From: Camelus ferus
Taxonomy: Eukaryota
Assembly (NCBI RefSeq): GCF_009834535.1
Contig: NC_045702.1
Location: 7,440,001-7,504,000 of the forward strand
Reading direction: 5' to 3'
Length of the DNA: 64,000 nucleotides
Shown: piece after piece, positions 49,201 through 61,800 of the stretch
Position numbering within the stretch: the stretch's first letter is position 1
Layout of the letters: each line of letters opens with the position of its first letter
Position numbers and translations under genes: made by a program
Notes under the pieces: model-generated
What the model was told of the DNA's origin: nothing
The model's database searches: none
The model's input: the letters and a program-made list of their open reading frames with translations, nothing else

Positions 49201-49696
49201 TGACAACAAACTAGACCCAACGGAGTTGGAGATCAAAATGACTGAGGAAACAAGAAATTTCAGGCAATGTGTGAGATGTGTGAAGGCCCACGAATTCAGT
49301 GTGCTACCAACCTCCACGTTCGATTATTCTAGCAAAGTGGTAGTTTGGGGAAGACAGAGAGATCTAGAGTTGGAGTTTTGACAGTTGAATCCCATGGAAG
49401 ACAATGGGGATTAGAGATGAGGATCCTGGTAGGAGAGGGGCAAAAATAACGGAGTTAATCAAGGTTCCAGGAGAAAGTAGAAGGGAGCTGATATAAAGAG
49501 GATAGAGAGGTTCAGGGACTTTGAATTCTNNNNNNNNNNNNNNNNNNNNNNNNNNNNNNNNNNNNNNNNNNNNNNNNNNNNNNNNNNNNNNNNNNNNNNN
49601 NNNNNNNNNNNNNNNNNNNNNNNNNNNNNNNNNNNNNNNNNNNNNNNNNNNNNNNNNNNNNNNNNNNNNNNNNNNNNNNNNNNNNNNNNNNNNNNN

Positions 49697-50061
49697 GGTT
49701 CACAAAGACTCGTGCTTGTCCTCGCTTGCTCTCCCACATTCTTGCTCTGATACAAACCACTTACCATGTTGTGTGCCCTATGGAGACACCCACACAGCAA
49801 GGAAATGAGGCCCTGCTGAATTGTGCCAGTGACTGCATGAGTGATCTTGGAAGCAGATCCTCTGTTAGTCAGTTAAGGAGACCTTCAGATGAGATCACAG
49901 CTCCCACTGAGACCTTGATTGCAGCCTTGTGAGGGAACTTGAGGCAAAGGCACTCAGCTAAGCCCTGCCTAGATTCCTGACAGAAACTGTGAGATAATAA
50001 ATGCTCATTGTTTTAATACTAGTTTGGGGCTAGACTGTTATGCACCAATAGATAATTAACA
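49697..50061. mobile_element. MLT1-type LTR (3' part, after the gap)
   Basis: cttcagatgagatcacagctcc...aactgtgagataataaatg...caatagataattaaca. Confidence 0.8.
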
Positions 50062-50064
50062 CAA

Positions 50065-50330
50065 GGTATCAGAGAAGTAACTGAGAAGGGAGAAGGACAG
50101 CAATTATGATCAGAGAATGGGATGTTTGAGTTTACGATTTTAGCCAGGGAGCAGTTGTAATGCTTCTCCTGTCCTAAAGAGAGAGCTAAACATGTGCAGA
50201 GGTCAAATTCCCTGATGATGAGGTCAAGTTGCTGAGAGGCCAGGGTATTGGATAAGTCAGGCACATGAATGTTGAAGTCACTCAGGATCATTAGGTGGGG
50301 AAAAGTGTTCACGAGGTGTCAGTTTCAGTG
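50065..50330 (-). mobile_element. L2 endonuclease-domain remnant
   Basis: ILSDFNIHVPDLSNTLASQQLDL...NIPFSDH matches the APE-type L2 motifs ILGDFNIH and SDH. Confidence 0.8.
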
Positions 50331-50849
50331 AATGACAAGGTGGCATTTGGGGGCAAATAATAGACAACCGCAGTAAGATGGAGAATGCTATAATCAGGTG
50401 GAATGAGCCTCCATAAAGTTTTTTTTTTTTTTTGTCTTGTTTTGTTTTTGTTTTGAAGAGGGTGGCAAATTAATGGTATGGAAGAGGCACTAGGCATCTA
50501 GGAAAATGCTGACCCCAAAACTTGACTCTGGGATATATGAAATGTTGGAGAATAACCTCTTTTCCAAAGAGCTACAGGGGAAATGGATGTCCTTGGTGTA
50601 GGGCCAGGTTTTAAGACTAAGATTAACAGCATGAAAGTAAGGTCCTATAATCCTCACAGTATTGGCACTCGACCAATATTAGTTGTCTCTCAACGTTCAC
50701 TTAAACATTTAAATGCCTTTGCTTTGCGCCCCCCTCCCCCTAATATCCTTATTGGAAAGAGACCAGGGCTAGGTGAAGGGATGGGTTCTTCACACTTGAT
50801 CAAGGGACTGCCTCCTCCTGGCTCAGGGAGTGCGTGTTAGCAAGGCTTT

Positions 50850-52150
50850 CCGTAACTTCGCTGGCGCAGCTAGGAAGAGATCGAAAAAGAGGGCCTTTCG
50901 GCCCCGTGCACAAACATATCACCCGCGTAAGAGATTCATTCCTTCCACCACCCCCCGACGCTAAAAAAAATTATTCGAGCGCCTAACAAGAGCTAGACAC
51001 CGGGGACACACTCCCTACTACAGAGAGGCGCCCGGCCAAGTTCGGGGTCAAGGCCAACATCCGTAGGTTTCACGATGTTCAGACTTTCCCAGGTTCGTCC
51101 CACACTTTTAGCTGGGTAAAATGTCGGAAGTCGGTGTGCACCAGCACTGAGATTCCTCTAGGATCCAGCTTCGTTGGCTCGGGCTCCCAGTCCGCACTCC
51201 ACAACCCGCGTGCCCCTCCCGGAACACCGGCATCCACTTGGGCTCCCAGGCGGCCCGCGGGGCGGGGCGCAGCGGGCGGGGCCAGGCCGGAGGGCGAGGC
51301 TGACCCCGCCCCCGGGGCTCCCATGGCCCACCGCGCCCCACAGCCAGATGCTGACGTGTCCTTTCCTTCTCACTACACCTCCCGACACCACTTACTACCG
51401 CTGCCCCGGAAGTCCCGCCCTATATTTAGCCCATCACCGCAAATCAGCTCTTTCAGCGCTTCCTGAAACTCTCCACCCATTTTGAGACCAAGGGGCGGGG
51501 CTCCGCGAGCAGGGCGCCTATTGGCTTGGGGTCCAGCGGACTCCGGGCGCTAATTGGCTGGAGGGCGGTGGCGCTCTGGCACGCTTGCGCGGCGAGTAGA
51601 ACGTGTGGCGGCGGCGGAGATCGCGTTTCTTTCGGTCTCAGTCCCGCTGCTGCTCTCGTGAGTGCCCGGCGAGTCCGTCCCGTCCGTCGTCCGCAGCCGG
51701 TCTCTCGCCAGCTCCTCTCTGCGGCGGCCTCTCACCAACGCCGACACACACATTGACACATCCAAGCCGGCCCGCCGCCTTACTCGCTGCCTTTCCGTCT
51801 CTACACATGGCCTCCTCCGCGCAGAGCGGCGGCTCCTCCGGGGGACCCGCGGTCCCCACCGTGCAGCGGGGCATCGTCAAGATGGTGAGAGCGGGGCCCC
51901 GGACACCGATCCCACCGCCTGCCACCGAGCGGGGAGTCTGGCGCTGGCTCCTTCCCCTCCCGCCAGCCTGCGTGGTGTCCCAGATCCTCTTTCCTCTGCC
52001 CCCTTCCTCACTTTCACCCGTTCTCGGAATTCCCTCCTTAGACGCAACCCGACACGGACTCCCCTTGGTACCTTACCTCCCGGACACCCTGGCATTCGGG
52101 GTCACAGTGATTTCCGTGGTCGCCGCACTCAGTCTCCTGGCTGTTTACCA
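50850..52150. promoter_or_regulatory. SND1 CpG-island promoter
   Basis: CpG-dense; ETS CCGGAAGT 51406-51413, GC box 51492-51501, inverted CCAAT boxes at 51520-51524 and 51553-51557. Confidence 0.85.
51807..51884 (+). CDS. SND1: Staphylococcal nuclease and Tudor domain-containing 1, first coding exon; the rest of the gene lies beyond the window (51885-64000 is intron 1)
   Basis: [26 protein letters not shown]|gtgaga, matching the recalled human N-terminus; expected position after PAX4. Confidence 0.93.
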
Positions 52151-55100
52151 GGACAGACCGGTTACTGATTGATTAACGGGGATAATTCGTTGTTATCTGG
52201 TCCTCCGTTCCTCCCGTCTTCCTGTCCATTTTGACATATGCTGAGCAGTTTGCAGTTTTTCGAGCTCCTGACATCTGCTCTTACAAGGAACTCCTGGAGT
52301 ACTTGGCCATCTTGAAGCTTTTATGTTTTCACTGACGCTCAATTACTTACTCCGAGTTTTCTCGCTCCCTTTTCGTCCTTTCCTGTCTTTTTCCTTCCAC
52401 CTCTGGTGTCAAATCTGTAGTCCTGAGAGCTCCTCATATTTGTGATCCCCCTGTTTTTGACTCTTAAAGTGTTAGGCCAGTAGGAATCTTAGTGATCATT
52501 ATTGTTCCTTCACCCCTTGCAGATGAGATTGGTTAGAAGAGGGCAAGTGACTTGCCTAAGGTCACGGTGGTTTGGCTTGGAGTCAGGATCAGAGCCCAGG
52601 TGTTCTGATTCCCAGTCTAGTGCTCTAATACTATAGATTCTGCCTGATTTTGTATCTCCTCACTCCCTACATCCTTGAATTATGAATTTAAAACCCTGCA
52701 AGTTTCATTTAAAGAAAATGTATCTCCAGCTCCATGGTAATTTTGGAGTGTAAATTCTCTTTACCAGTTGTCCACTCTGTTGTCCTGCTCACAACCCTTC
52801 CAAATATTGGAACCTGACATTTCTTGATGGTTACCAAAATTTCTGGTTGTGATGACCAGACTTTTAGAATTCATTTCAGACTGCAATTCTGACTTTTCCA
52901 TCTGAAATATTCTTTATGACACTTTGTCCCAAAGCTTCACAGTGTTTAGAAAGTTTAAAAAACATTCTGTTTTCTTGGTTCATTGTCTTTCATAGGATTA
53001 TAATGTTCTTTAGCTTGTGTGTGTGAATTAGATTTCAAGACACCCCTTCCCCCGTTCTCATGTATTCATTCCTTAGGCAATATTCTGCCTCCAGCTGAGA
53101 TTCTAAGGGTTTTCAGTATTGCTTTTCCCCTTTATACATAAACCGAGAGTCAAAATTTATCAGAAACTGAATGAGAAGGGAATTTCCAAGGTCCAAATAT
53201 TTTCACCTCTTTGAAATATTGTCCTGACCCCTGAAAGGATTATCCTTAAGTGGCTCTTCTTTCATTAGCTTTTTTCACGTACACTGATCTTTCCCTTCAC
53301 CACAGGAACAAAGCAGCGCTTGGTGGTCTGGTGGTGGGATTGGGAACCTTGAGTGAATCTTTCTGAGTTTTTTCCTTTACTAAGGCCTGAATTTTTTTTA
53401 AAGGCCCCTCTCATTTGCTGGGTGGGAGTAGAATGAAGCTGAACATATTTTCGCTTCTGCCAATGCTGGAACCTTCCAGGACATCTGGATGCTGTGGAGT
53501 GACCATGCCGGCCCACAGATTACCCCGGTGGATATTGAATATCAGCAATCACTTGCTTAATAAGGCTCCTGTCTTGTGCCGAGTCTTCCATTTATTTCCT
53601 CTCGTTTGTAATACCTAACAAGTAGATAGGCTCATTGGCTACATTTTACAGATGTGTAATCTGAGGTTTAGAAAGAATAGTTGACCCCCAGGACAGGGAC
53701 TTTTTGTTTGTAATGAGAGGCAGAGATGGGACTTGAACCCAGGCCTGTCTGCCAAAGCACATGCTCTTCAGTATCCTGGTCTGATGCCTCTGACTCCAGG
53801 GCAGAACTTTAGTGGAGGGCGGGGCCCGTGATGCACGGCCGCAAAATTGCAGGAAAGTGAAGCTAACTGTAATTGAGCCGAGGAAAGATTAGATGTTTCT
53901 TACTCCTGTCTTATCCCGGGGCTGCTGTTTTGGTAAGTGACTTCATATGATGCTTATGGTCCTAATGTGCAAAAGAGTGTGGTGTAGAAGACACATTGGG
54001 ATCGGGAAGGAGGCTTTGAAGACTCAGTGGTCGTCTATACTGATCTTTTTCTGTGACCAAGCTTGCAAGGGGTCAGGGGTTGTGGGGGTGGCGGTGAGTT
54101 CCAGGCAAGGATTAGGGGAGGGAAGCCGAGTGAACTGCAGAGCAGATGGCAGATTTGTGCCAGGCTTCGAAGCCTGTCTGGAATGAAAAATCGACCCCTG
54201 GCAAATTGCTCTGTGTGAAGCTCTGCTGCTAAGCAAAGTTGTATTTTCCTGGAGAGTAATCGTTTCCAGCGGTACTAGGAACTGCTTCATAAGAACTCTG
54301 CGAGGGAAGATGGAACTCTCTGACAGAGGAAGGTGTGAAGGAAATAGCTTGATGAATGGGAAAACAGTAGTCACTGCTTTTTTGTCTTAGGGGAGCAGGG
54401 CAGAAACTAGAACCCTGACTAACCAGAGGCGGGCCTCTCAGGCTGAGCCCTCCGGGTTTGTCTGGACAGAGGGTGAGCTGAAGGTCTGGGGTGGCCTAGG
54501 GTTGAGGTTTGCGGCAGTAAAGAGGAATACTAGTCCTTCCTCTTTTTGGGCAAAAGAACGGGTTGTAAGGCCGCGGAAAGTGCACATTTCTTCTGGTCTC
54601 TGCCTTGTTGTCCCAGTAAGTGCTGTGTTCCTTTTTTGAGGTTGACGAAGACAGACCTTGGGAATCCAGTTGTACAGAATTTTGGCATTTGACCAGTTTT
54701 TTCAAACGATGGTGATGGTAGAGGCCGCATTTGCTATTGAGAGCAGGAGGAAAGGGACAGAGTGGGTTCTGGAATGTGTTAAGGAGGAGGTGGGCAGTAA
54801 GTTAACACGAGCACCGTGGAGCGCTTCTGTTACTGGAAAGACAGTGGGGATGATGGAAAACTGAAGGTGGAGTTTTATTTTTTGATTTGGGATGAGACTG
54901 GCAGGTGTGTGGGCAGACAGAATCGAACCTGGAAAAGTAAATGTCTTGTCAAGTCAGATACATTCTCAAAACCCTAGAGGATTCTAACTCTGGGTTTGAA
55001 TAATTTGCTAGACTTTAGCAGCATCAGACTATTGTCAGCACATGTGAAATAGAGGTTGGGAGAAGTCTTGGGGTATTTAGTATAAAATTCAGTCACCCCA

Positions 55101-58100
55101 CTTAGCAGCTACTTAGAGATGGCTATTTTCTCTGGTTTTACTGACCTGATTTATTTCTGTTTTGGAGATAGAGCCCTTTTCTGTGCCTTCACTCTGTAAC
55201 TCTCCTGTCCTATGTTTGCATGTCTTTTCAAGCAGGAGCACCCAGCAGAATGAATCCGCCACAGTTCTTGAACTTTCTGCACTTATCAGAAGCAGCCATG
55301 GAAGCAGCATATCTTACCCTGCTTGTGGTGTGGAAGGCCAGAGGGAGGACAGTTCCAAATCCTGGCCCCCATTTCACCCTGCCCCACTTAAGAGGGGAAA
55401 AGAATCCCTCTGTCCATCTTTGGTTTTGTGCTAAGAACCATGATTCTCACCCGATAACTAAGGCATAGGGCACCTGTAGGAGGAGATGGCCACGATTTCC
55501 TCCTTCGAAAGGACTTGGGCTGCCAGGTTGTGGTAAAGCGGGATGTAGACATTGTGGTGAGTAGCTTAGTGGAAGTTTCTCCAGATTACAGCCGGTAGGA
55601 AATGCTGCCTATAGCTAAGTGTTTCTTCCATGTCTGAACTAAGAAGTATGTGTCTTTCCTGAGTGGTGTGGGGACAGAGTAGTAGTCTGTTGATCTGTTC
55701 CTTCCTGTGTGCACTTAGCTCATGCAGACTGAAAGAAAAACACGTTTCTTAAGCTACTTAAAATACTCTCCTGCTACTCAAAGGGGCAAGGTCGCTGAAT
55801 GGCAGTATTTTAATAGGGCCATTTGCAAAGAAGTAGGTAGACTAGGGTGGAAGGCTTTTCCCTCTAGTCCTAAAATTGCCTACTTCCCAGCAGGTGAGCA
55901 TGGTAGCTTTCAATCAAAATTGTAAGTAAAGGGGCACTAAGTTTTTGCTGTATCTTAAAGGCTTTCTGTCATGTTTTCTTTATGAAAAGGAAGCATCCAG
56001 CTGGCTCTAGTCACGCTAACAGTGGCTGCTGCCGTGTAGTAACTAATGATAAAGAATGATGAGCAGTCATATTTTCTTTCTTGAACACATTTTGTTGATC
56101 ATCTGTGTGAAGCACGGTCTGGGTATTGGAGAAGCAGCAGTAAAAAAAGTAAATCAGATTACTGTCCTCATGGTTCATGGAGGAGACAGACAATCAACAA
56201 GTAAATAAGAAGTAAGCATTATAATATAAGAGTGATTTCAGGTAGGGGAATGCGACAGAGTGGTTGGAAATAAGGGAAGGGGTGGTGCCTTTAGATAGGG
56301 TGTTTAGGAAAGGCTTCCCTCAGCTGAGATCTGATAGACATTAGAGAACCAGCCGTAGGAGAAGAGTTCCCAGAAGAGGAAATGCGAGTGCAAAGGTCCT
56401 GGGGTCTCCACTGATGATGATCTTCAGTGTTTTTATAGTAGCTCTTCAATTTCTTCAAGTTCAGTGTTCCACATAAATAGTTTGGGCTTAACTTGAGCTG
56501 TTAATATACGTGTTGCAGGGTGATAAATGGCAGAAAGGCAGTGGAGATGGTGGCTGGTATCCTGGTGTGATCAGTAAGTCTACTGAATAAATGTAACCAG
56601 TGGGAGACTAATTGAAAAATACTTGCTTTCGGTCATATTCATGTTTCTTACAGGCCAAGACTAAGGTTTTTGGACTTCCCATCAGCCAGTCCTGTGCATT
56701 CCCAAGGTCATCACCTTTCAGTGGAGGGGACCTGACTGAGAAAATAAGTGGCAAGAGCAGGCAAGAGACTTACAGAGCATCTAGGACTTATAGGTGTTTA
56801 TACTTCTGCTAGCGTTTTATTACTACAAGGAATTTAGTAGCTCGTCAGGATAGAACAGCTCACGTGCAGTGTGTCTTATTAACAGGAGTGGGGACTTCTG
56901 AGGCCGGATAGTGATCAGTGCTCGTAATAAGCAGGTGAATGATTTGGTGAGTCTCTGCCCCAGTTTACTTGGAGAATGAAACTTGGGAAATAAGTGCACA
57001 GTTTAGTTTCCATTGGCAAGTTCAAAAGAGAAAATTGGCCAGGTTTTTGAATCCAGGTAAGATGGTTCTACAGCCCATTCTGCAACCAGCTTGAACCAGC
57101 TTGAACTAGAAATTCAGCTGACAGTGTGGTTCTAGCAGAAGGTACAGAGGATATCCTTTGGAATCTGGTCTTTGGATTTATTTTATTTCATTTTTTCAAG
57201 GAATAGCTAAACTAAATGTTGTAGGAAATTCTTTTTTCTCATCACAGACAAGGAATGAAGTAAAGGGATTCAACTCTTACTGGGCTTATGTCACTTTTCC
57301 TCCTATTTCTTGTTTGGAGATGGATACCCACCCTGTTTCTGTTGCTACTTCTCCTGGGAGACTGACATATGCTTTTTGTTCTACAGCAGAAATTGATGCA
57401 GAATCACAGGTTGTGAACATTGGATGCAGATGGAGTGTTGTGGGATTTCGCTTGCAGTGAGACTCAATATGATAAATTAATGTTATGTTTTTCTCACTTA
57501 GCTCCAATGTTTAGGGAAAAAAAGAACAGTGGTTTCAGTTGGCATTTTTTAAAAATTAGGAAGTTAATGACTTACAGGGAAAATAAACCTAATGAAAATT
57601 TAGATGACATTTTCAGATGTCATTTTTGAGATGTTCAATCTGTGATATAATCTGGGCTCGGCGCGTTTTCTCCATTTACATGCTTATAGTGAGTGACTTT
57701 AAGGCACCACCTCTCTGTGCCTCAGCACATTTTGAGGTGCTTTAAATTCTCCTTATGAAGGAAGTAGTCTCCTTGGGATGATCTGGTAACACCAACCTCA
57801 TCTGTAATAGGAGGAATTGAGGAGATTTGGGGAATGGTACTTTAAGTTAGTAAATATATATGAACATTGTTCCTGGGAAACAACCTGGCAGAGAAGAGAC
57901 GTCATTGGCCTGGGATTCAGGGAATACAAGTACCGGGCCAGATGTCGCTGCTCTCCATCCAGGTGATGTGGGTAAGGTAGTCCACCTCTCAGCCTCTTCT
58001 CTCTCAAATGAAGTGGTTGGACTCATTGTCTCTAAGCTCTTTGCAGTCCTCGAAGGCTGTGATTGTGTAAGAAACCCTGTATTACATGTCTTCAGGCATG

Positions 58101-58759
58101 AATTAAGAGCTGAGAAATCTCTTACTTTCTGGTAGTCTTCACTTTGGGTTGTTGCTTATCCTGCATGAAATATATTTTCTGTTTGTCTTCCTTTTTTTTT
58201 TTGTTTTTTGTTTTTTCTTTTTGAGAAGGTGTCCTAGTTGAAATAGGGTTGTCTAGTGCGAAAGACCAGAGAGTTTGAATTAAACTAAGTGATCAGATAC
58301 TGGAGTGGGTGGAGGGCAGATAGAATTGAGCCACAGAGGTTCATGGTTTCATTGGTGGTGTCAGGATAGACTCGTGGAAGTGGTTACTCGGGACCCAGAG
58401 GAACATGACATTACGCAGTCTCAGCTCTGCTTCAGAACAGCCCCACGTGCTCCTGGGGCAGCGGGTCTTGAGAAGGGTGAGGAGGAGGAGGGCACTCTGG
58501 GAACCTGTAGCTCGTGGGGAGAGTTTATTCTGGCTCTGATCTTGTTTGGGGGAGTCTGGCGGGAGTATGGGGCTTGGTTGGGTTCTGAGCCAAAGCCTCT
58601 TCCTTTAGATCATTCTCACTGTCTTACAGATCTTTCCCACGTCTATTTAATGTTCAAGAATAGGAATCATCTTAATCTATTCTGGGTAGTTCGTCACATG
58701 GTTTCTTTTCTTTTGCATTTATTTTTTATTGTAAGCTTTCTTAAGTCTTTTCTGGGAGT

Positions 58760-58855
58760 CTTTTTTTTTTTTTTTAATGGCGGTACTGGGGATTGAGCCT
58801 AAATCTTGTGCATGCTATGCATGTGCTGTACCATTGAGCTACACCGAGCCCCCAT
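58760..58855 (-). mobile_element. Vic-1-like SINE copy 7 in SND1 intron 1
   Basis: poly-T then ggtactggggattgagcc...ccattgagctacacc; short tgggagt flanking repeat. Confidence 0.75.
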
Positions 58856-61800
58856 GGGAGTAGATTTAGAGAAGAAGCCCGGTGCTTTCCTAAACAGGTC
58901 GTTGAATCAGGACCACTTAGGAGGCCGTTCTGAGGCACTGAATTAGAATCTCTCCAAGTATGGTCTGGGAATCGGTGTTTTTAAACAGCCACTCCTAGGT
59001 GGTTCTGAAAGTCCATTTGGAATTGACCCCCGGGGTTGGCATTTGAGACCCACTGATGATCTTGTATAACTCCTGTGCCATGTGTAGTTGAAGGGGCAGG
59101 ACATACATGACAAAAGAAGTGTATGTTTTTGGGGCCAGTGCACCATAATTTTATATGAGGCAGGATAGTAGCTTCTCTTTTTTTCTCTTTTTTAGCACTT
59201 GTCTTGCTGGCTCCCAGGACACTTTGCATTGCTTTTAATCTGTAGCTCAGTATTGGGCTGCCGTCTCAGGGGTCCATTTGCAGTGGCTCTGAGAGCCTAT
59301 TCCTAGGTCATAACTGACAGCTGAGAAGTTGTTGTTTTCTGTGCCTGATTTAGGCCATATGTTCATTTTAACACTCATCTGCCACTTTTCCTTCTATTTG
59401 CATAGATTCCCAAGATCTCCTATAATTTGGCACCAATAACTTGGCACATTAGTACTATGGAAGTCTTCCGTGTCATCTCCAGACAGGAGGATTCTGTGCT
59501 CGCTTTCTGCTCCTGTAATCCGGCGGAGTCATTACCCTCCGTGGGCATTTTGGTTTGTCTATTTGGATCCATCCTGGTTCTTGTTTATAAGCCCTGTTCT
59601 TAACAAGAACAACAGTAAAAGCCAACATGACCTCTTTGGTGGTCTTAGTCTTTACTTTTTATTCCACTATCTTGCCTAAGATGGAAATAACATTTTCTTG
59701 TAATTCTCAGGTGTTTGAAGTCTTTATGATCAAAAGTCACATTTGCAGTTCCTTGGTGGCCTTTCCTCATTTTGACCAACAGTTTTCTGGTTCATACCTG
59801 AAGTCCTTCCAAAGGCTCAGGTGAATGCCGTCTAGTGTTAATAATTTCATAATTAGTGATATTTAAATTTTGGACTTAGTACTTGCTTATAAGACTTCAG
59901 ACAGTTATACCTACAGTTTTTTTTTCTGTAGATACATACACCCTTTTTTTTTTTAAAGAAATAGAAATTAGGTCATAATGAGTCCTGTAACTTTCTTTTT
60001 TTTTAATTTTTGTAACTGTCTATGTCATAATTATACATCTATCTCATTCTTTAATTTCTGAGGAATATTCCATCATTCGAGTGTATTTACTTATCCATTT
60101 TTTCCTGTTGATATATGGACATTCTTTGGTAAATCTTGGTGTTCTTGTGTCGGCATTTTTGTAAGACGGCTTCCTAGAAGTGTGCTTAATGTTTTTGGTG
60201 GTTGTAGGAGGGCTTTACTTAGACTGCACCTTTTTATTTCTTACAGGTATCATCTTAGATTAGATTTAGGGCAAAATACAGCTTAACATCGCCTTATTCA
60301 TTAATCACTTCACGTTTGGTAGTCTCTTTCCGCAGTCAGTATCCTTGAAAACCACTTTGTCTCTTCAGGGGAGGGCAGAGCTCTGCAACTGGCCATCCTT
60401 AAATCACTGCTTAATTGTTTAAAGACCTCCAGGTGCTGTAAGGTCTTAGTACTTAAAGGAGAGTAGGCTCTCAGAGTTTAAGCCTTACCTGTTTCCTCTG
60501 GCTTCTAGGGAGCTCCAGGGCTAAGGAAGTGTGCAGCCACCCAACTACAGGTGACAGGAGCGGGTGAGGGCAAGGTCCTGTGACAGTCTGACTTTTTTTC
60601 CTACAGGCTGGTACATAGCTCTTCCTCTTTTTTCTTTTTCTTCTTGGATTAGAAGGTGGGGATGGTAGGTGGTGGTAAGCGTGACCACATCCTGCTCAGG
60701 AAAACCCGGCCATTTTCAGAGTTGTTTGGAGAGACCGAACCAGGGGAGTCTTATTTGCAACCTTTTGGTCCAGTACTGTTACCTAAAGTTTACCGGCATG
60801 TATTGAAACACTATTTCTAATTTTATTTAGTTTAAAAATCTTTTGGGCAGTCAGCTGTTTTTTAAATTGAAATATTATTTTAAAAGGAAGCAATTTCACT
60901 GTTGAAAATGGGAAACCAGGATTATTTACTGGTTGTTACTTACTAGAAAGTACTTTTAAAAAAAAGAAAACCGCACAGTGAAAACAAAACAGTTATTAAA
61001 TTCTAGCAGGTACTGCGTTTTGCAGAGGGCTCTGAAGGAAGTTGTGATTAATAAGAGCTAGAGATGTGTGAAAGGCTTCCTGCCACCGAACTGAAACTGT
61101 CTCCTTCATTTAATAGGAAGGACTGAAAGAGAGTTGAAAGGGGATGGCATAGCTCTTATTTATGTATAAATATTAAATGCTGGTACATACAGGGCTTATA
61201 TACCACCTAAAATAGTTTCTGTTTTTGTTTTTGTTCTTTAAACAAGCCCACACCCTGGGAAACAGACATAACTTGTGTCTTGAGCAGAACTGAACTGGTT
61301 TTCTGGGGTGTCTGTGGTTCAGATCATTAGCTCCACTGACCACTAGCCAGAAAACCTTGGGTAAGTCATCTTACCCCTCTAAGTTCCAGCTTTGCCTGTG
61401 GATGAGCATAATAACAGGGCTCACCTCATGGGGCTGTTGCTGGTGAAAAGAGAAGGCAGTGTCCTGACCATTGACTGGTGTTGGTAGTCCAGCATTTTCC
61501 ATATCTGTCCCCAACTTGGACAGGGATGGAAATGGAACTGAGGCAGAGTGAGAGGAACAAGGGCACCTGGTAAGTTTGTGATGTTAAGATTGTTCAATTT
61601 GAAGGACTGGCTTTAATTTTGAGATTATTATTTTTGACTAAAATGTCCTTTATTTTGTAAGTAATGTGATGGCATTTGTTTTTTTCTAATGTCCTTGGCA
61701 AAAATAAAAAGTGGATAGCATATTAGTCCCTAATTAACTAACAGGGGGGAGGGAAGCTACTGGTCTGGGAACCCCTGGCTTAGCAGAAATATGGGCACCA